From an uncultured Planctomycetaceae bacterium (GTDB lineage Bacteria; Planctomycetota; Planctomycetia; Planctomycetales; Planctomycetaceae): DNA of 64,000 nt. Below the pieces are notes generated by a model. That model did not search any database. It saw nothing but the letters and a program-made list of their open reading frames with translations, and was not told the DNA's origin. Below, piece by piece: positions 9,699 to 19,144 of this stretch (positions are counted from its first letter, which is position 1; every line of letters begins with the position of its first letter). The stretch is taken from contig CAWFAK010000005.1 of the NCBI GenBank assembly GCA_963813715.1, positions 864,001 through 928,000 on the forward strand, written 5' to 3'. The position numbers and the translations under genes were made by a program.

Positions 9699-10397
9699 AT
9701 GTCTCGCCCCGGAGTCGTTGCTCTTGGAATCCTCGCGGTGGTTGTGAACGGAGGAGCCGCACCCGTGCACCCCGAACGGCTGAACGAGAAATTGCGGCAC
9801 TACGTCGCGACTCGCGTGGGTGAGTTTGACAGCATTCCTCAAGAGCGTCGCGACCAGCTGCGAAAACTGGCCTCTTACATTCGCGACAAAATGAAAGCCG
9901 ATCGGCCGGCGCGGCTGGTCTTCATTTGCACGCACAATTCCCGCCGCAGCCAGATGTGCCAGCTCTGGGCGGCGACCGCGGCGGCGTACTTTGGCGTTCC
10001 GCACGTCGAGAACTTCTCAGGGGGAACCGAAGTCACCGCCTTCAATTCACGAGCGGTGGCGGCTCTGCGGCGCACGGGCTTCGCGATCGACGATCCGGTG
10101 CCGGCGCCGAATCCCCACTATCGGGTCCGATTTCACAACGCGGGCCCCGAATTGGAATGCTTCTCCAAGGTCTATCGGGACGCATCGAATCCCGGGAGCG
10201 ACTTCTGCGCCGTCATAACGTGTTCCCAAGCCGACAAGCAGTGCCCGATCGTCGCAGGGGCTTCCGCGCGGATTGCCCTTCCCTTCGACGATCCCAAAGC
10301 CTTCGACGGCACGCCGCAAGAGACGAACAAATACGACGAGCGCTGCCGGCAAATCGCCCGGGAATTGCTCTTCGTGTTCTCCGAGGTGGGGGCCTAG
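9699..10397 (+). CDS. LMW protein-tyrosine-phosphatase / arsenate reductase (ArsC-like) family protein
   Basis: P-loop FICTHNSRRSQ, SGGT, TCSQADKQCP, FDDPK. Alternative GTG start at 9765 after GGAGGA. Confidence 0.85.
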   Translation: MSRPGVVALGILAVVVNGGAAPVHPERLNEKLRHYVATRVGEFDSIPQERRDQLRKLASYIRDKMKADRPARLVFICTHNSRRSQMCQLWAATAAAYFGVPHVENFSGGTEVTAFNSRAVAALRRTGFAIDDPVPAPNPHYRVRFHNAGPELECFSKVYRDASNPGSDFCAVITCSQADKQCPIVAGASARIALPFDDPKAFDGTPQETNKYDERCRQIARELLFVFSEVGA

Positions 10398-10466
10398 AGA
10401 GCGGCGAGCAACCATGTGGCCCGGCTCGGCGGAAGTGTGGGACTGCCTCGCCGCGGCGTCGAACGG

Positions 10467-10517
10467 TTACCGCGGCACGATCCAGATATTGCGGAACCGG
10501 ACCGGGTTGCCGTGGTC
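10467..10517 (-). repeat. att-like direct repeat, right copy (intact 3' end of the DUF1080 gene)
   Basis: ttaccgcggcacgatccagatattgcggaaccggaccgggttgccgtggtc; partner at 7049-7099. Confidence 0.9.
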
Positions 10518-11451
10518 TTGCAGGAAGATCGGGCCGGGGTGTTCGTCGGCGCGGTGGCCGCCGGGGGTCGCGCCCTTCAGCTCAAGGTTGTATTGGATGG
10601 GCATGCCGTTGTGCCGCACGGTGACGACGGCGTTTTCTTTCTTGGTCTTGCCGTCGGGCGTGAAGCGGGCCGCCCGGAAGTCGATGTCGTAGGTCTGCCA
10701 CGAGAGGGGCGGAAAGCACATGTTGACCAGCGGCTTGGCCGCGTGGTAGATGCCGCCGCACTCGTTGTCGGCACCCTCGAGGCCGAATGAATCGAGGACT
10801 TGCACTTCGTACTGATCGGCCAGGTAGACGCCGCTGTTGCCGCGCCCCTGACCGCGTGCGGTGGGCATGAACGGAGTGCGGAATTCGATGTGCAGCAAAA
10901 AGTCCTCGAACGTTTGCTTCGTGGTCGCCGGGACGCCCAAGAGATCGCCCTCTGCCAGCGTGCCGACGCTCCAGGCGGACGTGTTCTTGCCGTCAAACAG
11001 CACGGTGGCTCCCGGCGGCGGCACGGCGCCTGCCGTCGGCGAGGTGCGCTCGATTTTTTTCAATTCGAACTTCACGCCGTCCTCGGCCGTGCCGGCAAAC
11101 AGGCCGTCCTTGATGGTCCCGTCGAAATTCTTGCCCTTGAGATGGGCCGTGCCGTCGGTGGTGTCGCCGTGCAGGTGGACTTTCGTCTTGCCATCCCAGC
11201 CGGCTCCCGGCAGTCCGTTGGTGTAAATCACGGCGTCGAAGCGGCCGCCGCCCAAGCGCGATAACCTGCGCGCCGATCTTGGCCTTGGTGCCGATCGTCG
11301 CCCACGTACTCGCCCTGAACGGCGAAGTCCGGGCCGGCCTCTTTGGGATCGAGGATCGCCCGTTTGTGCTGGGCGAAGGCGGTGAGCGGAATGAGCAGGA
11401 GGGTCGACGAAGCGAGACGACCCAGCGCGTCGAGCGGGGCAGCAGCATCAT
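10467..11451 (-). CDS. Secreted DUF1080 (3-keto-disaccharide hydrolase-like) protein; frameshifts in the 5' part
   Basis: LFDGK, LHIEFRTP, GNSGVY, YEVQVLDS, WQTYDI, LQDHGNPVRFRNIW; N-terminus (QGEYVG, IGAQVIALG) lies in other frames. Confidence 0.88.
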
Positions 11452-11548
11452 GGCGGGCCTTCTGGAACGGGCTTTTTGGAATGTGCGTCGCGGCAGGAAG
11501 TCGACTGGCTGGCGTCCAGGTTAGCCGGTGGCGCCACAGCGGGCCACG

Positions 11549-11794
11549 TCACGGCCTGCGAAGTCGCAGCCGGATCCAGATTTCGACGGCCAGTATCGCC
11601 CACACGACGGCTACGAGGAGAGCCGGTCCGTAGAAGAGCTCCGCCCAGCCCAGGAGAGGGTGCCCTGAAAAGATCCGAACGAGAGCCAGGTTCAGTCCTG
11701 CACAAAGCACCACGAGCACCGGATACGCGGCGAGCATTACAATTGTGATTCGCCGCAACGCGATCCGCTCGTCGTTGGAGAGATTTGGCTTCAT
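11549..11794 (-). CDS. Small two-TM membrane protein
   Basis: 81-aa ORF with two hydrophobic stretches, filling an intergenic gap. Confidence 0.5.
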   Translation of the reverse strand: MKPNLSNDERIALRRITIVMLAAYPVLVVLCAGLNLALVRIFSGHPLLGWAELFYGPALLVAVVWAILAVEIWIRLRLRRP

Positions 11795-11846
11795 GAAACT
11801 GGCCCAGACTGCCGGCAAGGTGCTTCCCTCAAGATAAGGATCCGTG

Positions 11847-12722
11847 ATGTCCACCCGTGCTGCAACCGAGTATCGCTACGAAAAACTGACCTGGCTGGAG
11901 ATCAACGACGCCGTCGAGCTGGGCAAAGTCTGCATCGTGCCGTGTGGGGCCGTCGAACAGCACGGGCCGCACCTGCCGCTCGACGTCGATCTGATCTGCC
12001 CGCTCGGCATCGCCAACGGCGCGGGCCGCGCGATTCCGTCCAAAATTCTGGTGCTGCCGATCCTGGCCTACGGCTACACGGGCCACGTGATGGATTTTCC
12101 CGGCACGATCAACACGCACTACGAGACCTACATCAAGCAGGTGCTCGACGTGACGAAGTCGCTCGCCTACCACGGCTTCAAGCGGATCATCCTCTTGAAC
12201 GGTCACGGCTCGAACATGCCCAACCTCGACCTGGCGGCCCGGCGGACGAATCTCGAGACCGACGCCGACTGCGTGGTCTGCGCCTGGTGGAACCTCTTAA
12301 CCGTCGACAAGGAGTTCCTGCCGAGCTGGCGCGAGAGCAAATTCCCCGGCGGCTGCGCGCACGCCTGCGAGCTGGAGACGTCGATGTATCTCTACCTCGA
12401 CGAGGAAAACGTTCGCAAAGACAAGATCAAGAGCGGCACCATCTCGATCAACCACGAAGAGAGCCCGTTCAACTACGTCGATCTGTTCGGCTCGGGCCCG
12501 GCGACCGTCGTCTCGTGGACCAGCAGCTATTCGCAAACGGGTGTCTTGGGCGACGCGGAAAAGGCCACGAAGGAAAAAGGCGAGCGGGCCTACAATGAGG
12601 CGGTCAAACAGCTCGTCCGCTTCGTCGAGTATTTTTTGCAACGTCCGCGAGACCAACGGCACCGCGAGCAGCGCATGCGTCCGACAATGCCGATCCCGTG
12701 GGGACAGATGGACGAGGTTTAG
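11847..12722 (+). CDS. Creatininase / creatinine amidohydrolase family protein
   Basis: GAVEQHGPHLPLDVD, GHVMDFPGT, NGHGSN, HACELETS. Confidence 0.9.
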   Translation: MSTRAATEYRYEKLTWLEINDAVELGKVCIVPCGAVEQHGPHLPLDVDLICPLGIANGAGRAIPSKILVLPILAYGYTGHVMDFPGTINTHYETYIKQVLDVTKSLAYHGFKRIILLNGHGSNMPNLDLAARRTNLETDADCVVCAWWNLLTVDKEFLPSWRESKFPGGCAHACELETSMYLYLDEENVRKDKIKSGTISINHEESPFNYVDLFGSGPATVVSWTSSYSQTGVLGDAEKATKEKGERAYNEAVKQLVRFVEYFLQRPRDQRHREQRMRPTMPIPWGQMDEV

Positions 12723-12765
12723 TTCAGCGCGATCGGCGAGTACCTCAATCGGGGTATCGCGATGA

Positions 12766-13179
12766 TTACGGCGCACGGCCGTAGGCCTCTTTCTCGAACG
12801 GGTTTTCGCGGTACGGGTCGCGGCCTTTGAGCCAGAGGTAGATGCTGGCCAAGCCGTAGGCCGGCAGGAAGAGCGGACCCCAGCGTTCGTATTGCTCGAC
12901 GTGGACCCGCTCGTGCTCGCGAGTGCTTTCCAGGAACTCTGCGGTCTGGCCCAGGACGACGTGACCCAGCGTCATGGCGGCCCCCGAGCCGATGAGGGGC
13001 AGTCCGCGGCGGAGAAACGCAGTCGCAAATCCGCCGTGGACTTCGACCACGCCGTCGACGATGCGGGCCGAGCCGCCCGTCAGGCAGGCGATCAGCACGA
13101 CGAGCAGGCCGAGCAGCGTGTTGGGCGCCGCCCAGAGGTAACCGGCAACTCGGCAAGCTGCCCGCCACAAAGCCCGCAA
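12766..13179 (-). CDS. Small conserved protein with HExxH motif
   Basis: [36 protein letters not shown]. Confidence 0.7.
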   Translation of the reverse strand: MRALWRAACRVAGYLWAAPNTLLGLLVVLIACLTGGSARIVDGVVEVHGGFATAFLRRGLPLIGSGAAMTLGHVVLGQTAEFLESTREHERVHVEQYERWGPLFLPAYGLASIYLWLKGRDPYRENPFEKEAYGRAP

Positions 13180-13192
13180 GAAGGGCCGCAGG

Positions 13193-15187
<1,995 letters not shown>

Positions 15188-15189
15188 GG

Positions 15190-15804
15190 TTAGCCTCCTG
15201 CTGCGTGGGAGTTGTCGGCGAGCCTGGTGCCGGACAGGGCCTTTTCGATGGCCGTCTCGAGCGAACCTTCTTCATCCATGTTCCAAACGATTTTGCCATC
15301 GCTGCCGACGACCCAGACCTGCGGGATCATGTTGACCCCCAGCGCGCTCATGGTGTCGACGGCCCCGTACCCGCATGGCCAGGTGATGTGGGTCTCGGAG
15401 AGGAATTGCTTCATCTGGGTGAGCTTGTTTTCCGAATCGCTGGTGAGGCCGATGAAGATCACGCCCCGCTTGTGGTAAGCGTCGTATGCTTCGACCAGGT
15501 GCGGAGCTTCGGCCCGGCACGGGCCGCACCAATGGGCCCACGCGTCGACGACCAGCACCTTGCCCTTCAGGCTCTCGGGTGTCGGCCGCGTACCGTTGAG
15601 CCAGCCTTCGGCTCGAATGGCCGGCAGCGGTTCGCCCGCCGCCAGTCCGCCGCGCGGCGCGACCTCTTGATGCAAAAACATCGAGAAGGTCATGCTGACC
15701 AGCGCGATGGCGATCACCACCAGCAAGAACCCGACCAGCTTGCGCCCCGGCGACGACGGGGGCGGGACGGGAACACGGTCGGCGGCCTGCGACATTCGAC
15801 GCAT
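15190..15804 (-). CDS. Membrane-anchored TlpA-family thioredoxin
   Basis: N-terminal TM helix, [18 protein letters not shown], cis-Pro IPQ. Confidence 0.88.
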   Translation of the reverse strand: MRRMSQAADRVPVPPPSSPGRKLVGFLLVVIAIALVSMTFSMFLHQEVAPRGGLAAGEPLPAIRAEGWLNGTRPTPESLKGKVLVVDAWAHWCGPCRAEAPHLVEAYDAYHKRGVIFIGLTSDSENKLTQMKQFLSETHITWPCGYGAVDTMSALGVNMIPQVWVVGSDGKIVWNMDEEGSLETAIEKALSGTRLADNSHAAGG

Positions 15805-15893
15805 CCTTTTCCAACCGGGAAGAGACCGCTCAAGCCGCGGCGGGGCGACGAAGTGCGGCGGTCACGATCCCGGCAATTCGCTCAGTCCGTATC

Positions 15894-17424
15894 TTACAGT
15901 CCGTATAACGGCTCGAACTTGGCCTTGAGGTGTGCCACCAGCGGCTCGTGCGACAAGGGTTGCCCGGTGATCCGCTCGACCAGCTTGCCCGGCGGGAACT
16001 GCCGCCCGAGCTGATGCACGTTATCCTTGAGCCAGGTCCGTAGCGGCACGAAGTCTCCCTTGGCGAACTGCGCATCGAGATCGCCGACCGCCTTGCGCGC
16101 CGTTTGGAACAACTGGGCCGCGTACATGTTGCCGAGCGCATAGGTGGGGAAATAGCCGAGCATGCCGCCGCTCCAGTGAATGTCCTGCAAGCAGCCTTCC
16201 GCGTCTTTGGCCGGCGTGATCCCCAGCGACTGCGTGTATTGTTCGTTCCAGGCGGCCGGCACGTCGGCCGGCTTGAGCTGCCCTCCGATCAGCTGCTGCT
16301 CCAGCTCGAAGCGGATCATGATGTGCAAGTTGTACGTCACCTCGTCCGCCTCGACGCGGATGAAGCTCGGGTGCACGTCGTTGACGGCCGCGTAAAACGC
16401 TTCCCGCGGCACGGAGCCCAGCGCCTCGGAAAAGCGAGTCTGCGCCTGCGAGTAAAAGTGCTTCCAAAAGGCCTGGCTGCGGCCGACGAAGTTCTCCCAC
16501 ATCCGCGATTGCGATTCGTGAATTCCTAGGGAGGCCGCCTCACCGACGGGCGTGCCGAACGCTTTGGGATCGAGTCCCTGCTCGTACAGCCCGTGCCCCG
16601 CTTCGTGCAGCACGCCGAAGAAGGCGCCGGGAAAGTGATGTTCGTCGTAGCGCGTGGTGAGCCGGCAGTCGCCCGGGCCCATGCCGCTGCAAAACGGGTG
16701 GGGCGACTCGTCGAGCCGGCCGTCCTGAAAACTGAAGCCGATCGCGGCCGCTGCTGCTTTGGCGAACTCGGCCTGAGCGGCTTTCGGGTAATAGCGAGTG
16801 AGGATCGAGACGTCGGGCCGCTTCGTCGCGCCGGCGATCGCTCGCACCAGGGGAACGAGCGCGGCACGCAGCGAGGCAAAGATCTTCGCCACGTCGGTCG
16901 ATTTCGCGCCGGGCTCGTAATCGTCGAGCAGCGCATCGTAGGGCGCACCGTTGCCGACTCCGGTCGCCTCCGCCCAGCGCAGCCGCTTCCTCCTGCTTGA
17001 GGGCGACGATTTTTTCCAGCCAGGGCCGGAACATCTCGAAGTTCGATTTCTTCCGCGCCTCGACCCAGTTCTGCTGCGCGAGCGAGGTGACCCGCGTCAG
17101 CTCCTCGACGAGCCGCGTCGGCAGCTTCGTCAGCCGATCGTAACGGCGACGCGCTTCGCGGAGATTGGCGTCGAACAGGCCGTTGGAGCCCGGTGGTTTG
17201 TCCGCAGTTTCGAGCGCGGAGATCAATTCGCCCAGCCGCGGAGTCGTCAATTGTTGATGGACTATGCCCGCCAGCAGGCTCATCTGGTCGGCCCGGTGCG
17301 CGGCCCCGCCCGGCGGCAAGTAGGTCTGCTCGTCCCAGCCCAGCTGATTCTGGACCGAGCCCAACAGCACGGCCTTCCGCCAGGAATCGAGCAATTCGTC
17401 GTAGAGCGCCTGTGTCGAGGCCAT
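15894..17424 (-). CDS. Carboxypeptidase M32 (Taq-type); frameshift at ~16960
   Basis: LGWDEQTYLP, HPF, HEAGH, HESQS, IRVEADE, GCLQDIHW, GYFPTYALG. Confidence 0.93.
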
Positions 17425-17524
17425 CGCGTCTCCCCGCTGCCGTCTTCTTCGCCCGGCTAAAGCATAATCAGTCGGACGGGTGGCTGTCCCGTCCGGACTT
17501 GGAGGTGAGGCTGGTGTCAGAAAG

Positions 17525-17567
17525 CCCCCCTCACCCCTGGGCCCCTCTCCCGCGAGGGGAGAGGGGA
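17525..17567 (+). repeat. REP-like palindrome, copy 1
   Basis: cccccctcacccctgggCCCCTCTCCCgcgaGGGGAGAGGGGa. Confidence 0.9.
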
Positions 17568-17668
17568 GAAGGAATGGTGGACACTCGATTGGCGAGATCG
17601 TGTATTCTCTTCGTGAGGCTCTGGCGATCGACCTGCTTTCCGATCGAAATGACCTAAATGAATCCTGT

Positions 17669-17802
17669 TCCCCTCTCCCCTCGCGAGTGCCTCGCACAAA
17701 AGATGACGGGATCGGGTGGCACAAATTTGGGCTGATTTGTGGACAACTGGACTGAGATCGCCGAAGGCGCCCCCTCGCGGGAGAGGGGCCAGGGGTGAGG
17801 GG
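17669..17802 (-). repeat. REP-like palindrome, copy 2 (inverted), split by an ~85-bp insertion
   Basis: tcccctctcccctcgcg (17669-17685) … cccctcgcgggagaggggccaggggtgagggg (17771-17802); removing the insert and one cccctcgcg restores a near reverse complement of copy 1. Confidence 0.85.
17686..17770. mobile_element. Putative MITE / internally deleted IS remnant
   Basis: Flanked by a 9-bp direct duplication cccctcgcg (17677-17685, 17771-17779); alternatively 6-bp TSD cctcgc with ends GAGTGCC / GGCGCCC. Confidence 0.55.
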
Positions 17803-17808
17803 CCGCTT

Positions 17809-18204
17809 TTGACTCGCGACGTGGACCGCGCACGAGAGCTGCGGCGCTCGCCAACCGAAGCAGAAGTATTTCTCTGGCGGCAACTGCGCAGCCGCGCCTT
17901 TCAAGGCTTGAAATTCCGCCGCCAAGTCGCGCTCGGAAAGTACATTGCCGATTTCGTCTGTCTGGAAAAACGCTTGATCATCGAAGTGGACGGTGGCCAG
18001 CACAACGAAGAGGCGAATCGCCAATACGACCGAGCGCGGGATAAGTGGTTGCGATCGCAGGGCTTTCGCATTCTGCGGTACTGGAATAATGAAGTCTTCG
18101 AAGAATTCGAGGGGATTGCGGAGGCAATTTGGCGGGCGGCGAAAGAGGCCCCCTCACCCCCTGCCCTCTCTCCCGCAAGGGGAGAGGGGAGAAGGAAAAC
18201 GTAG
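17809..18204 (+). CDS. DUF559 (Vsr-like, YcjD-like) PD-(D/E)xK endonuclease domain protein
   Basis: ARELRRSPTEAEVFLWRQLR, KFRRQ, YIADFVC, LIIEVDGGQH, DRARDKWLRSQGFRILRYWN. Confidence 0.92.
   Translation: MTRDVDRARELRRSPTEAEVFLWRQLRSRAFQGLKFRRQVALGKYIADFVCLEKRLIIEVDGGQHNEEANRQYDRARDKWLRSQGFRILRYWNNEVFEEFEGIAEAIWRAAKEAPSPPALSPARGEGRRKT
18149..18190 (+). repeat. REP-like palindrome, copy 3, overlapping the DUF559 3' end
   Basis: ccccctcaccccctgccctctctcccgcaaggggagagggga; the following gaagga is shared with copy 1. Confidence 0.9.
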
Positions 18205-18261
18205 GGATCGCTCTCAAGAGTGACCGAGTGAACAGCGGGCCCACCATTGCAGAGTCGCCGA

Positions 18262-18993
18262 TCAGGTCTGGCCGCTGTCCGTGGGCGTCGCGCTGAGTGC
18301 TGGAGCCGATTCCACGGGGCGGGGACTCATCGGACCGGGTGGGCCGCGGCGGGCCCTCCGGCGGGCGTTGAGCCATTCGATGCCCATCGGCATAACCGAG
18401 ATCAGCACGATGGCCACCATCACCAATTCGAAGTGGTTCTTGATGAGCGGGATGTTGCCGAAGTAGTAGCCGCCCAGCAAGAACAGGCAGATCCAGGTGG
18501 CGCCGCCGACACAATTGAACTGCCAGAAGCGGACGTAACCCATGCGGGCGATGCCGGCCACGAACGGGGCGAACGTGCGGACGATGGGGATGAACCGGGC
18601 GATCACGATCGTCTTGCCGCCGTGACGTTCGTAGAACTCGTGCGTATGCACGAGGTGCTTCTTGTTGAGCAGCCATGAGTTTTCGTAATGAAACACCTTC
18701 GGGCCGAGGACGTAGCCGACCCAATAGTTCACCGCGTCGCCGGCGATCGCCGCCACGATCAAGAGGGGCACGGACAGCGCGATGCTCAAGTGCGAGCCTT
18801 CGCGGGCCGCCAGCATGCCGAAGGCGAACAGCAGCGAATCGCCGGGCAGAATCGGCGTGACGACGAGACCCGTCTCGCAAAAGATCACGACGAACATCAA
18901 CAGGTAGAGCCACGGGCCGAACGTCGTCGCGACCGTGTCGAGATGCTTGTCGAGATGCAGCAGCAGATCGATGCCTTGCCGGACCAGGTCCAT
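18262..18993 (-). CDS. DedA family membrane protein
   Basis: FCETGLVVTPILPGDSLLF, GDAVNYWVG, GGKTIVIARFIPIVRTFAPFVAG. Confidence 0.93.
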   Translation of the reverse strand: MDLVRQGIDLLLHLDKHLDTVATTFGPWLYLLMFVVIFCETGLVVTPILPGDSLLFAFGMLAAREGSHLSIALSVPLLIVAAIAGDAVNYWVGYVLGPKVFHYENSWLLNKKHLVHTHEFYERHGGKTIVIARFIPIVRTFAPFVAGIARMGYVRFWQFNCVGGATWICLFLLGGYYFGNIPLIKNHFELVMVAIVLISVMPMGIEWLNARRRARRGPPGPMSPRPVESAPALSATPTDSGQT

Positions 18994-19030
18994 TACATTT
19001 CCTCGGCCGGCAATGCCGGACCCAGCGATA

Positions 19031-19142
19031 AAAGCACGAATGACGAAATCCGAATGACGAATGAATTTCCGAAGCACAAATGACCGGAGCCGCCTTCGTT
19101 CGGGCTTAGATCATTGGGTCATTCCGTCGTCATTCGTGCTTT
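19031..19142. repeat. Heptamer-based (gaatgac) inverted-repeat element
   Basis: Perfect 16-bp IR aaagcacgaatgacga (19031-19046) / tcgtcattcgtgcttt (19127-19142) with further internal aatgac / gtcatt units. Confidence 0.85.
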
Positions 19143-19144
19143 AA

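Noticed and set aside
11847..12722. Mycofactocin/RiPP peptidase MftE cluster
   Set aside because: No radical SAM, RRE or precursor peptide gene nearby; only creatininase-family membership is supported.
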